64,000 nucleotides of DNA from Antedon mediterranea (Eukaryota > Animalia > Echinodermata). Below are positions 1 through 13,350 of the stretch, in pieces. Position 1 is the stretch's first letter, and every line of letters starts with the position of its first letter. The translations under genes and the position numbers were made by a program. The notes under the pieces are model-generated. The model saw only the letters and a list, made by a program, of their open reading frames with translations. It ran no database searches and had not been told where the DNA came from. The stretch is taken from contig NC_092679.1 in the NCBI RefSeq assembly GCF_964355755.1, positions 3,378,201 through 3,442,200 of the forward strand, in the 5' to 3' direction.

Positions 1-249
1 CCCTTGAATGTAGCGTTTAGGCTTGCAGCCATGTAACAAGTTGCAATAAAGAGGAATATTATCAAAAGGTATTATTCACCACTAAATCAAAATGTACAGC
101 AGCCAAACAGTTAATCCCTGCAAGAATTTTTAAGGGATTTAAATATTATTTTCAAATAAAAGTATTAGATATTACATGTAGTACAAAATGTATACTACAT
201 CATAGGGATACTCTAATGTGGTTATCGTCAGTAAGAACAAACACAAAGT

Positions 250-470
250 TATCGCGCGCGTACAAAAACGTTTCGTACATCGTAGTTTAAACGCGCGCGT
301 ACAAAAAGGTACGGTACAACATACCGTAGTTTAAACGCGCGCGTACAAAAACGGTACGGTACATCATAGTTCAAACGCGCGCATACAAAAACGGTACGGT
401 ACATCATAGTTTAAACGCGCGCGTACAAACACGGTACGGTACACATCGTAGTTAAACGCGCGCGTACAAC
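250..470. repeat. CpG-rich ~41 bp minisatellite, about 5.5 units
   Basis: Unit approximately CGTAGTTTAAACGCGCGCGTACAAAAACGGTACGGTACAT; an inverted core TTGTACGCGCGCGT lies at ~494-507. Confidence 0.9.
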
Positions 471-2917
471 AAATTTCAACTAATTATGGTTATTTGTACG
501 CGCGCGTCCTTTAAAGTTAGCATCACAACGTATCTTTAAAAATCTGGCTAACGGGAAAACACAATACGAAATGAGTTAAGTATGCTTAAACACCTTAACT
601 TTTGTTATTTTTTGATCCAATTATTTCTTTAGGCATCATAGCGGCGAAGGTCAAATGTCTGCGTAGCATATTTTAAATAGATAATGGCGTTGCTTAACTT
701 CATTAAACATTATGTATTCGAAATAATTTCATACGTTCATGGTAGATTTGCCTCGAGAAAAACATCTTTGTAAATAATGTTGACAAACCACCGCTTTGTA
801 GATAAGCATCTATACAAAGTAAAGTACATGGCATTTATCCTTCCAAAATTAAAGCACAAACTAATAAATGTAGTTTTTACAGGATTGTTACAATTAAATG
901 AAAACAATGTAGTATTAACAACATATGTAAAATAACTCAACACGACACATTAACTAATAATTCAATGATAAATAATCATTTCAATATATACAGTAGTAAG
1001 TGGATATTGAACACATGTCAACGTTTGACTTGTTCAGAATTGAAAATAATAGTTTTAAACTATCGATTGATTCGATAATACAATTAATTTAGAATCAGAA
1101 TAAATAAATAATATTAATAAACTAATAATAGTAAACTAGACTTGAAATTGTCGCGTTGACAAATTATAGGTGATCTTCGTTATCGAACAACATTTGTTTA
1201 AAAAATTGGTGTTTTAAACAACAAGATATTAAAATTTGACTAAACAAAAATTAAGTTATGCGACATTATACGCTTAGCTGTAAATGAATATCAACGGGAT
1301 GGATATATAATACTAATTTCGGCGCTCATGGACCTCTCTCCTTCCTTTACTTTACCCCACCACGCCCTAGTGGATTCCAATCAGAACCACCCATTTATCA
1401 CAGCCTAATGAATTGGCGCCCTCATCGGTAAATTAATCTTCAACCGCATTACTGGAATTGGGTTGTCATTTTTCCAGTGCTGGCAACTGTCATTGGTAAC
1501 TTGGGCATACCATACCAGTCTCATTAACAATACTTGATATATTTGTTGTTCTCCGTTGAAATAGTCATGATTTGTTAAGGGTGATGGTAAATAGTGAATT
1601 TGCGGTACAATATGATCTTCCCATCAATCGACAGAAACATAAACATTAACCAGAAATGTATCATTGTGTAAAACGAAAAGAAAAGTAGTTTTTTATTTAC
1701 CTTGGGTGCTAAACGTGATCCAATCACACATACATTTCTTTGTTTGATAAACATGCTAAATCATAGTTTCAATGTAGCAAAATAAAAAACAAATCTGTCA
1801 TCACAACGTGAACATAAAGAAGTTTGACTGAACCACGTCATGACAATATCCAGTATTAGGCCTATTTACCAGACCGGTTCATACCCATTTCCTGAACTTT
1901 TTTTAAAGACAATTTTATAATTTAAAATTTTACCAAAAACAGTTATCGACAGCCCGGCTCCTTTCCATCGCAACATTTATGCCACGCACCATTAGACGTA
2001 AGCCCAAACAAAATGGGTAGTATCAATCGTCACCCGTATTGGATACACATAAGGCCTCTAAAGGCCATCACGGTGCCGCTTATATTTGCTTTCCCAGCAC
2101 ATATCGTGGGGCAGGAGACAGGCCTAAGACCTAGACTGATTATTAGTACATGTTTTGTACTGGATTGTGCTTGTACTGTAAACACTTGGTTTCGTTTGTC
2201 TTGGATGAAAATAAAGAAACCATAATTCTATCAAAGGTTGATTTACCATGGGTGCTAAACTAACTGAAATATTTGCATTGAAAAAAAAATTGAAGAAATA
2301 AATTGCCTTGTAAATACTAACTTTTGGAAAAGCGCTTTATAAATCTATATACAGTAAGCCTAGTATAGTATAGTATCTATATACAGTAGGCCTAGATCCT
2401 ACCTATTGACTTATAAACATAATATATTTTAAATCTAAAACTTTAAATTGTTTTCTAAAAACACCCAAAAAAATTCCCTTGATTTTTATTATTTGCAGAC
2501 ATCTGCAGACATCATGTTTTAATCTTTTGTGGTTTACCACCACCTTTATTCGTTCAATGTTTCATTACATAATTTCTAAAAATTGTTTACGTTTTTTCAA
2601 TATTTTCTGGTTTTTCCCTCATTCAATTCAATTCAATTCACTTTTATTTCAGAACAAAGTCCATATCATAACACATAACAATATTTTAAAAAATAAATGT
2701 AAGCCAGTAAAAAAAATTAATATCATTTATATTTTTAACATTTAGTATCACCATTTACTGAACATTACTTGTGTTATTTAACAGTTATTTATAGGCCTAT
2801 TTCATTTAGCATTTTGTTTTCTATATCACTAACATTAACACAACGTATTTACTTCTTAACATTCCTTTTTTGTTAATCATCTATTTACAAAACCAATTGT
2901 ATATTAATAAAAAAAAA

Positions 2918-2988
2918 TTTTTTTTTTTTTACCATATTTAATGAGGGTGATCCATCCAGCAATTGCTGATCATTAGGGACCCTCAGAG
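2918..2988 (-). mobile_element. Retroelement 3' tail with poly(A) (second copy ~12870-12951)
   Basis: ACCATATTTAATGAGG...ATCCAGCA.TTGCTGATCATT.GGGACCCT is shared between the two sites, each next to a T-rich tract. Confidence 0.65.
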
Positions 2989-3022
2989 GTTCACATAATA
3001 AATAGTTATTACAAGTCTATAG

Positions 3023-3130
3023 GAGTGGAGTTGTAATTTTGTCCTGACGTGACTTGATGTGACGGGACTTGAACCCAGGACCCTTAGAGTGGTAGTCAAG
3101 CATCATAACCACCAAGTCACAACTCCACTC
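3023..3130 (-). mobile_element. tRNA-derived sequence enclosed by 12 bp inverted repeats
   Basis: Minus strand has an A-box-like TGGTGGTTA and a B-box GGTTCAAGTCC; flanked by GAGTGGAGTTGT / ACAACTCCACTC. Confidence 0.6.
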
Positions 3131-4749
3131 TAAAATAAGTAAATACATTTATTTATGAACAACAATCCCCAAACAACATTGTTTTACCAGATAATACTAA
3201 AATTCTTTCAGAATTTAACGGGTTTGAAAATATTAATAATAATAATGTGATCCGTATATCAATCATATTTATTTGCTCGATTTCAATTTGAATTCGTTCA
3301 AGTTATTTAACAATATTCATTTAATGACACATACTTACGGTAGGTCAATTAAGGATTGTGATTCATTTTCTTTGCTATCTTGTCTACAGTTTATATAATT
3401 TTATAACTCCATGAGTTTATCAACGTTCTTATGGGTTTTTATGTGTTATATAGACCATTACAAACAAAAATTTAAAACATTAGTCAGCTCTATAATAGGC
3501 ATAGATAACAACTAATATAACCATTAAAAACATTTATTACACAGAAATGGTATACCACATCATTGAGTAATTTTATAACTCCATGACCACATCGAACAAA
3601 ATCAATAAGATCTAAATAGACAGAGAAATCTTGTATGGATAAGTTCTGTTATAGGTGTTAACAGAAATATGAGGCATAGGATATATAGTTATTGTATGCC
3701 ATTTTGTTATTTGTTTTGATACTGGGTGTGTTACTTTTGAAATAAAAATTTGAATTAAAACCCAGCACTTCGAAAAACCAAAGAATTCAAATGTTTTAGA
3801 AATAAGTTAGATATATTGTCCCCGTGATGCTGATGTCGCATAATATAGTAATCACATTAACCAAAAATTGGATAGAGAAAAAAACCATTATTCACATAAA
3901 AAACTCAATTGTAGGCCTATACATTTTTAAATAATCAACTAAGATTATTTACTTAAATGCAATTGTACATCTTTAAATAGAAGAAGACTGTGAAGAAGAA
4001 GTGTGGAAAAAACAATTGACAAAACTCCAAACATGAACTCCTGTGCTACAAGTTCAATATATCTGATGGTGTTAATACAGTACTCTGGTGATATCCCGTA
4101 AATAGCTTATTAGTTTATTATAAAACATTATATATCCATAGGCAAGTTGATCTGGTTAATGCGCCTACATAATAAAAACGAAAAAATGACACCAATATTA
4201 TAACAACATTGGAATTAATTAATATATATAGAATCAAATATCAAACAACAATGCTTTTCATTCCTTAAATTCATCCAAGCGCAATCCGCCGTGTCACGCT
4301 GTATATAAAACGTCTAGCCTTATACAGAATTTTGAAAATGTATAGGTGCAACATTTGCTAACCCCGGAATATGTAATTTGGCCCGCGACGAACATAATCG
4401 ACAGTAGCTTGGTAAACTTTTTACCCAGCCTAAATGTTTCCTTTTATTCAGCGAAATATTTACTTGTTGTATATTGAAGAATAAGTTGAAGAGAAATTGT
4501 ATGGATTTCTCAATACTAAATATGTATAGATTTATACAAGAATTATACTTACGCTATTGGATTTCAATTTCAAATTTACTTTCTAGATATGGTGAACATT
4601 AAATATATATTTCATAAGACCAGTTAAGATCGGATAAAGTAATTAAATAAAAATAGTAGCTTTGTTTTTTTTTATATGTAATATTATTTTATATATTTTT
4701 TTTTGTTTTCGTATTTAATTTTATGCCTTGGGGTTGGTCGAACTTATAT

Positions 4750-5015
4750 GACTCCCCACCCACATCACTTTCATTGTATCACTGTCTCGAAAAGCGGACC
4801 TGTGGAAATAATACTTTCTAAAAATTTGGACCGGTGATGTGGAATGAACTCCCGTCTGTGATCCGGGAACAAACCACGGTTTTAAAATTTAAAAAAGCTC
4901 TCAAAACACATCTATTTCCTAAGAAGTAACTCATTGTTGGGTGTGCTGATGTAAAGCGCTTTGATCATTTTACACTAATTTGGAAAAGCGCTATATAAAT
5001 AAAATAATAATAATA
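4750..5015 (+). mobile_element. 5'-truncated L2/CR1-group LINE 3' end
   Basis: Translates as ...FGPVMWNELPSVIREQTTVLKFKKALKTHLF (typical ORF2 C-terminus), followed by an AAGCGC...GCGCTATATAAAT stem and an (AAT)n tail. Similar tails lie at ~57500-57670 (minus) and ~58555-58705 (two tandem). Confidence 0.8.
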
Positions 5016-7729
5016 ATCTATATGCAATTGTTCTTATTAACACACTAGTTTATCATTATGTTATTGTATATTATATGTTTTGTTATAATATTGTGGAAAA
5101 TTTAAATTAAAAAAAAAAAACAATTTTAAGTCACAAAACAATTAAAAGGAAAATATAATTTCTATTTTATCCTACCATACACAGAGAATAGCGAGGTACA
5201 CTCTCTTCCCTGTCGTATAACTTTTTAACACATCTTTTGTTGTTGTTTTTATACATGAGTAGCCTACAAGGCTTAATTTCATTTCAAAGTGATCGCAACA
5301 TTTGCACAACAATAGTTGGTGTAAAAATCTTGTTTACTAAGGATTCAAGCCGATTTCTAGTTTACAAACATTCCCATATAGCACTATCGTGATAATTCGA
5401 TACCAGAGTGTTTAAATAGGCTTACACCGTTATAACAACTTATTATTCACAAAGCCTTGGCTCAATACAAAAATATCAGTTTCTAATAGGCTTACAACTT
5501 ATCCACTGTTAACTGATGAATAAAAGTGTCAATCATTTTGCGTTGCGTAACATAAGTGTCACATCTGTATAATAAAAAGTTTCGTAAAACCTGGGTCAAA
5601 ATAACAGATATTGTTAGTTTCACGTCCGAGATTTGAATTTTGTTATGAGGGCTTTATAATTAATAAATAGCAGGCCTGGCCTATATATACAGTACTACTA
5701 TATTTTCAACAAGCACCGTTGTTATTATCATTCGCATGTTTTTATAACATTGGTTAAATATCGACAAACTAAAAATGACGATCATGGGATTATGTTTCCT
5801 ATTCTACTGAATAACAACTATCGTTTTATTTAAAAAAAATATATATTTATCAAAAATAGCAAATAGTTTTAAAAAGTAATCTCCAGTTCTAACATTGATG
5901 AGGGAGGGGACGTGAAGAAATTCTGTTTTGCCTTAGTACAAACATGATTATAAAGCTATAACTTAAAAACCTTTATTGTTCGAATATATCGGAAAATTGT
6001 TTCAAATATGGTACAGTACACAATGTTGTACAATATTGTGAAATATAAGGCGAGGCAACTTCCTGCATCTCTTATTCCACCTTCTTTAATTAATTTGATA
6101 CGTTTTCTGGGTGGTTTGTTGTCTCTGTGTGTTCATTTTTAATTTACTTTTTAAACGTTAAATAAACCAAGATATTTGGTTCGTTTAACTGTAAACGCCT
6201 TACGGCAGTTTTCTTCCAGTTGTTCGCAACAATGTGTGCTTTCGATCTTGATTTTAGAAACAAATAAAGCGTATGCAGGTACACTAAACAAATTGATACG
6301 AAACCCATCACTGCGGCTACGAATACATTTTAAGGAGTCGTGATATTATGGTGTACAGTATCTTTGCTTCGGGTGCCGATGAGTGGACGGAATTTGTTTA
6401 CGGTAGATTTTATAGTACAGTACAGCATTTCACAGCTTTAAATGAACAAAAACGGGGTTTTAAGCTACAGTATATAATTTCACAGGTTTAAATTAACACA
6501 AAAAAAACAGAGTTGAAGCTAGATAAATTGATTGTACATCAGTTTCATCACATTTATCTACTAGGACGTGTGCGTCGTTGAGACCTATTTATGCCTAGGA
6601 TAAGCTACAAAACGTTTGGAGAAAGTTTATTTGTTAAGGTACATGCAGTAGATTTTTACTTGTTAAAGACGATTGTCTCCCAAACACATGAAAGAAGTGT
6701 TAATAATGTTTAGTATTTCATAAGGAAAAACGAACAAAATACATGGTTAAATTTACCCCAAAACCATCGATTGACAGGACACTTTTCCAGGTATATAAAT
6801 GTATTTCTTTTTCGATCCATTCAACAAAAAATATTTATAGAAAATTATTTTTTCAGAGGAAAATATATCTTTAAGGAAATACAATTTATATTATTATTAA
6901 TGAAAATACCGACGCGTTGGGCCTAAGTTGTTGAGTTGATTTCTTCTAGTATCTAAAAAACAAACAAAACAGTCTAAAAAAAGAAAAGGTACCGTAGTCG
7001 TAACGAAATAAATAAAATATACCAATGTATTCTTTTCAATTTTATTGTATCAATATTTTTACCACGAAATTATCGTACATGAACATAATCATAAATGGTA
7101 GGTTGTAATCAGTAAATTAATAAATGACAAGTTTAGCCCGATAATACAATACTTAGAAATGTTAATTTGTATGATTCTTTTTAACAAACTTAGGCTATCT
7201 GTTATAACAAGACGTTAAGCAGAAGGCAAACATTGCCTTTGACTTTTTGGTGTTAAGTCAGCATATGTATATATTATTAGAAGTGAAAGCTTGTATAGTG
7301 AAATCATCCGATTTCGCTTTTTCACAATAACGATTAAATAAACAATATTTCTGAGTGAGGGCTAGCTTAGCCAGTATTACACCCGACGAATTAAAGATCT
7401 GATCGTTGTACGAACCGCAGTACAAAAACAAGATACAGTACAAACAAAAGTGATTATATTAAATTTTAAAATGAATAATGCTATATTAAAATGTTTCTAC
7501 TTAATTATACATATTGCACTCTCAAGATTCAAAGACGTGATTATGATGTTAAACTTATTGTATATTATAAAAAAAAAAATTGTTTCGTTACTTAAATCTT
7601 GCAATTTAAGTATTTAGCAATAGAAGTTCCAAAACAATTACAACGTTTTATATAATATGTAATTTGCTTATTAGTCCAATACACGAATCCAGTTTAAATA
7701 TATTTGCTTATTTTTAAAGAGTTTGTGTT

Positions 7730-8941
7730 CTACTTGCCGGGAATAAGTTGAGGCTGAAGAAAAGAACTCGGTAAGAGAACAGACGAGTTTACACCCCTTA
7801 GGCTGGCGTATGGATCATAGATACCAGAAGGCAGGTGTGTTGCGTGCGACGTGGGCCCACATTGACAGGGCGGTGTACATGTTCCAATGTTACTAGGCCT
7901 AGCATATGGGCTGCATGATGGTAGTCCACGAGTTGTCGTCGGTGCAATGTTCGCTTGTGTCGGGCAATGAAGCTCCGAGCGAAGAAGTCTATCGACAGAA
8001 AAACCGTTTACTGTAGTAACGGGAACAGGCCTAACAAATGCAGGGTTTGTTGATAAAATAGATTCGTAATATGCCGATGCAACGTTTGCTGGTAATGTTG
8101 GGTGCATACCATGATGAGATGGATGCTCCAATCTTGGGTCTAATGTTCTGTACATAGCAGCTTGTGGAGGTAGCGAAAAAACTGGTGAACTTTGCCAGTA
8201 AAATGGATGGTAAGGTCTATCGTTCGGGAAATGTGGAAAAGCATTTGGTGCCAATCGTCCAGTGCGTTTGAAGTGAGCTAACCTGTTCCTTGAAGCACTG
8301 GTAGAACGTCTTCTTAATTTTCCGGTTGTACCCCCGATAAAAACATCATCGCTTGAAGGGTCCAACATCCAGTAGTTACCTTTGCCGGGGTCGTCATAAT
8401 GTCGAGGCACCTTTACAAAGCATTTGTTCAGGCTAAGATTATGACGAATAGAGTTTTGCCAGCCTTGTTTATTCTCTCTATAATATGGAAAGTTTTTCAT
8501 TATGAATTCGTAGATTCCGTTTAATGTTAGTCTTTTCTCGGGACTCTCTCTGATCGCCATCATAATCAATGCGTTGTAACTGAAAGGCGGTTTCTCTCCA
8601 AACTTGTTTTTCGGAACAACATTTGTTTGCTTTGCACCGTTGGTTTTATCCGTGTTATTGTTATCCTTAATTTCTGGTTCTCCTTCGGAATCAAGTTTTT
8701 TATTCTCTTCTTCGTCCACCTGAATATCAGGAGTTCTAGCGATTGGTTCCATGTCACTCAGAGGTGAATCGGTGTATCGGCTCACAGACGGAGAGACAGG
8801 TGGAGGTGTCAACTGTCTCATTGTAGGTTCGGTGGTGGTATGGCCTAGCATCCTTTCTATCGAAAACGGATGCTTTGGTTGAGATCGTTGTATAGTAACT
8901 CTCTCGTTGTCCATACTTGGTTTCTCCTCTTTAAACAACAT
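7730..8941 (-). CDS. FoxG: Forkhead box G transcription factor (FoxG/BF-1/sloppy-paired class), single coding exon, 403 aa
   Basis: Uninterrupted ORF with a FoxG-type forkhead domain ([96 protein letters not shown]). Also two eh1-like motifs, FSIERML and FSVDRLL. Confidence 0.97.
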   Translation of the reverse strand: MLFKEEKPSMDNERVTIQRSQPKHPFSIERMLGHTTTEPTMRQLTPPPVSPSVSRYTDSPLSDMEPIARTPDIQVDEEENKKLDSEGEPEIKDNNNTDKTNGAKQTNVVPKNKFGEKPPFSYNALIMMAIRESPEKRLTLNGIYEFIMKNFPYYRENKQGWQNSIRHNLSLNKCFVKVPRHYDDPGKGNYWMLDPSSDDVFIGGTTGKLRRRSTSASRNRLAHFKRTGRLAPNAFPHFPNDRPYHPFYWQSSPVFSLPPQAAMYRTLDPRLEHPSHHGMHPTLPANVASAYYESILSTNPAFVRPVPVTTVNGFSVDRLLRSELHCPTQANIAPTTTRGLPSCSPYARPSNIGTCTPPCQCGPTSHATHLPSGIYDPYASLRGVNSSVLLPSSFLQPQLIPGK

Positions 8942-9094
8942 AGAAAATCTGGTTCAAAATAACGATATCCTGCACTAAGAATCGCAATACAGTTTTTTGT
9001 TACGTCTTCGAGCAAGAATTTACAAATTATGTTTCACACGAATAGAACAACCGGTTATTTGTACTCGTTACCTTTGTCACAACTTCCGAAAGTC

Positions 9095-9205
9095 AAATGT
9101 CACGTCACATATTAAGCTCCGCCTACTGGCCAATCAGCACCGCGCGTCAGATCATGTATAGATTTCAGCCAATCATAGCAAAGCTCACGGTTGATTGACG
9201 TTGGT
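9095..9205 (-). promoter_or_regulatory. Probable FoxG proximal promoter
   Basis: Located 150-260 bp upstream of the ATG. Contains two CCAAT boxes (GGCCAATCAG ~9128, GCCAATCAT ~9168), a GC-box-like CTCCGCCT (~9117), CRE-like TCACGTCA (~9100) and TGACGT (~9196), and locally retained CpGs. Confidence 0.6.
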
Positions 9206-11281
9206 GCAACAAGCAGTTGTTAAACTTTTATTTTAGTGGCTGTAATTAAAGGCTTATAATCACAACAATGTAAGCCTTTGATGTTAATTCGTTTTGTTGG
9301 GTAATCCTTTTTTCCATACACACGGTTTACCCTGAGATTACCCCCTCTCTGTTTCCTAATCAGGCCTGGATAACATCAGCTTAGAATTTAGTTAAGTAAA
9401 TACTTAAGTATGGGGGCTATGGAGGCGAGTTGAGTACCCTTGAGTTGAAGCAGGTATGTTAAGCACAAACCTACAATATAATAAGTATCCTCTTTTTCCA
9501 ATAGAATAAGAACGATTACCCAGTTATCCTGCTGGAGAAGTTATTTTAAGTAGGCACCACATATAGTGCATTTGCCTGAAATACTTAAGTTTTCAATCTT
9601 ATCTTACAATCATCCTCTTCTTTATACCCTCTCTGTGGGAATAATCAGATTTCAGCCCATGACAATGCAGCTCTAGTCTGAGACGAACTGTTCGGTTATA
9701 GGCTGTGATTTTGATGGGTTTCAACATATTGTATGCTTAAATCTTATCTATATGATCGAAAATGTGTATTTTTCTCACTTATTTATAGTCAGTTTAAAGT
9801 AACAGTGAAAGGTTCTTGTTTAAGGGTGTGGTCGTGAATTTAATTTGTTTTTAAACAATAGGGTATTTGATGGTTAGATATACTTAATACATTTTAGTTT
9901 TGTTTTCAATTATTTAATAACAACAACAAAACAATCAGAGAAATGAAAACGAACAAAACCAATTAAACTCAAAAGAAGTCATTGCTGGGATTACGGTTTT
10001 GGAAGGTGGAGAAACAAGTATCATTAAATGCGCGCGCGTCTAGAATTCTTCACGCACGTACGTCGAGGCCTAACTTTAATACATCATAACACTACATACG
10101 ATATATAGGTTTTCATAAACTCTAGACTATAAAAACATTAGGGTGTATTTGTATTTGTTTATGGTTGCTAATATTACTCATAATTGTATGGTATAACAAG
10201 GTCACAGGGTCATACAATACATTAGACAATTCTACTAGTATTGTGGCCTATGTTTGTATTTTCTAAAGACACAAGATCACATAAGAATGATAGAAATATT
10301 TTTATCCATCACAACCAATGTAGGCTTACTCTTTAAGCAGTATATTTTACAATAACGTCATTTTATCTGGGGACAAGTGAAGGCATCTGGTGTACGCACG
10401 AAGAAGCAAACAAATCGTCAGTATATTTCATCTCAGTTTATGCCTTCGGGAATGTTTGAGTAAGGCATGACCATGCAGTGGCTTGCGGCGGCTTAAGAAC
10501 GCGGTCGTGAACCTTAGCACCCTGGTTAGCGACGGGCCTGGAGAAGAAGAAGAAGAAATACTAACAACAGGTCTAAGTTTAATTAATATAGGACACTTTG
10601 TTGACCCATGGACAGTAAAACTGCGGTTATTGAATTTTAGACAGGAAATTTTAATGGTCTTCGAATTGGATGGTGCCTCTAAATTAGGTAATGACTCATA
10701 ATGGTAATAATATATTCGCAATTGAGGAAGTTTTAGTCTGTTGAGTTCACTCTGAACACCTTAAGTCGGTGGTGCGTGGATAGATTGTTTTGAAATGTTT
10801 TTGCCGAGTGTTTCCTGAATCCTAAAGGAAACTGTCGGGAATTCTTGTATTAGTTTAGAATAAGGTCATTGACTTTCTTACTAAATGTGATATGACAATA
10901 AACAACATTATCAAGCTATTAATAATAACAAAATAAAGCAATATGTATCATGCTTTCCATTGTACCGAGTCCCGACAAATATAAAGATCAAAAAGAATTT
11001 CACTTTGTCGTCATTGCGATAAATAATATAATAGGCCTCAACAAAAACAGCCTACTTTTAATATGACTAAAAATAGTTAGACACAATATTATTGTATAAA
11101 CAATCAATTGTATCTTTATCACAAGGCAATTGTTTATGTTTTCCGTTTGGGTTTAGATGGTTATCTCTCTCTTTTTGTTGCTGTTATCTGTTTAACTTTG
11201 CATGGTATCGAAAAAAAAATGAAATCATATTAGTATTAGGCACAGTGGTTATCATTTACTATTATTTCGTATATAGTTTTC

Positions 11282-11288
<7 letters not shown>

Positions 11289-11324
<36 letters not shown>
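11289..11324. repeat. (TA)n microsatellite
   Basis: Uninterrupted TA run. Confidence 0.95.
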
Positions 11325-11327
<3 letters not shown>

Positions 11328-11694
11328 CAGGCACAGAACATTAATTCTAAACCGCCCGGTGATATACTGAAATTTAATTAATTAATTTGAAACGATAAAG
11401 ATGAGGAAATCTGTGAGAATGAGAAAAAATCGCCCCAACCGAGACTCGAACTCGGACTATATATATATTGTTAATGTTCTCTACTGAACCATTTTGGAAA
11501 TCAATGCTTTAGCACTGAAAGTGTCATTCAGTATAAAGACAGAATAAATAAAATATTTATATTCAGATGTCGATTATAAATACATGAAAAAAATAAAATG
11601 TATACAATTTTAATATGAACACATTTTCAACTTTCTTGATTCATTTTAGATAGATTCGTATTCCAATATTTTTCTTTGCACATTTTAGATCTTA

Positions 11695-11852
11695 AGCTCT
11701 GTCTACACTATCAAACTAGTTTGACAAAAAAAGTGTGATGTGCTCAAATATGGTAGTGATGTGCCCAAATATAGTAGTGATATGATCATCATGTCCATAT
11801 ATGGGCACATCACATTTGTTTTTGTCACATACATATTTATCGTGTGTATACA
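11695..11852. mobile_element. MITE family A copy
   Basis: Left TIR AGCTCTGTCTACACTATCAAAC plus internal ATATGGTAGTGAT repeats; right end decayed. Confidence 0.8.
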
Positions 11853-12687
11853 CTAAACATAAAATAGGCTTTTTTTAAACAAAATACAAATTAAGGCTAT
11901 AGCAAGTACAGGTTGTATTTGACAGTAAAGAAATTAAGAGTTTTATGACAAATTCATTTTGTACGGTATGTTTAGTATTATTTTTATGATAAATCATAAA
12001 AAAAACTACAATTATACTATTGATGTATTATGACAAATGTTAGAAAAGAAAATCTGTTTTAACTATGTACCACTGCCATCTTCATAACCCGAATCATGCA
12101 TAATGTGCGTAAATGTGTAAATATATCACGATTTTAACACCTTTGATATAATATAAATGTTGAGCTAACGAATATAACATCACGTTTACCTGCAGTAGGC
12201 AGACAGATCTGGCAGCAAACTCCATACAAGCCTGTTGAAAACGACAGACAACAGACAGTAACTTCACCCGTGTCCCGTAGTTTGATGGCCGCTGCGACAC
12301 GACTCGCAACCCGTATCATTTTTAGTTACGATGTATTAATTAATTTAGAAAAACAACAAATATAGATTCTTCACTGATACTGGAGCATGAAGCTGGGATT
12401 TCAAAATGTTAGAAACATTTATAAATAAACAGCTATACAATTACAAGTTGAAATGGTTGACTAGAACAATTTCACCTCAGGTGCTTAGAATGTTTCGACA
12501 ACGCACGAACACGGGGAAATAAGATGCCAGCAATTCCAAATAGCGGGTTTGGAGTGAATGCAGTATATACTAAAACATAACAAAATATATTCCTGGTACA
12601 ATATAAGACAATATATATTTTGAAATATCATTTTTGACCTATGACTCTGGGGGAAAATAACATTTTTTTTGTCACGCTAAAGGGTAA

Positions 12688-12857
12688 AGCTCCGTCTACA
12701 TCACACTTTATGTGACAAAAAAAGAAAAAAATTTGGACACGATGGTCATATCACTACCATATTTGGTCATATCACTACCACATTTGGGCATAATCACTAC
12801 CATATTTGGACACATTACACCTTTTTTGTCAAACTAGTTTGATAGTGTAGACAGGGT
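12688..12857. mobile_element. MITE family A copy (opposite orientation)
   Basis: ATCACTACCATATTTGG x3 and a GTTTGATAGTGTAGACAG terminus. Confidence 0.8.
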
Positions 12858-13110
12858 AAGTTGGTTACCTTTATTCATTTATTTATTTATTTTAACCATT
12901 ATTTAATGAGGATGATCTATCCAGCATTTGCTGATCATTTGGGACCCTTAGAACAGATACCAATATACAAAATACAACAAAAACAGAAAAGTAAAAGAAA
13001 AACAAAAACCAAAAAAATAAAATTAATTACATAAGAGTAAAAATCCTGAATAAGAAAATTTGAAATATATAGAAAATAACTGATATGTTAAATTAAGCAA
13101 AAAATATATT

Positions 13111-13350
13111 ATATATATAAATCCAAAGGCAAATTACTGAAAAAATGACAATGCTGTGGGTATCAGTGGCTGGATCTCAATGGAGATACAAAAAAAAAGA
13201 AGCGAAAAGCTAAGTCAAAACGATAAGTAAAACAGCCAGAAAAGTTAGCAGAGCTTTCGGGCAACACTAGCCCTTCATCAGTGCAAGTGAAGGAATTTAG
13301 ATAACGTCATTGTATAAGAGCTGGCAAGTGCAGCCTGGGTGGACAGGAAT
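13111..13350 (-). mobile_element. Penelope-like element terminal-repeat fragment, family 1, copy A
   Basis: About 175 bp are near-identical to 46438-46613 and include the hammerhead; flanked by TA-rich sequence. Confidence 0.65.
13245..13286 (-). ncRNA. Minimal type I hammerhead ribozyme motif (Penelope-like element type), core intact
   Basis: Minus strand reads gca-CUGAUGA-a-gggc(uaguguu)gccc-GAAA-gc-UC-ugc: both catalytic boxes, a 4 bp stem II, palindromic AGCU in place of stem III, and stem I gca/ugc. Confidence 0.8.

Noticed and set aside
250-470. Regularly spaced repeats resembling a CRISPR array
   Set aside because: No unique spacers, no cas genes and a eukaryotic context; it is a minisatellite.
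3023-3130. Functional tRNA gene
   Set aside because: The acceptor stem does not pair properly and the sequence is embedded in inverted repeats; treated as a tRNA-derived repeat.
10428-10721. Overlapping 97 aa and 72 aa ORFs in the FoxG upstream region
   Set aside because: Non-ATG starts and no recognisable domain or splice chain; probably decayed transposon sequence (includes TAGCGACGGGCCTG, a hAT-like end).
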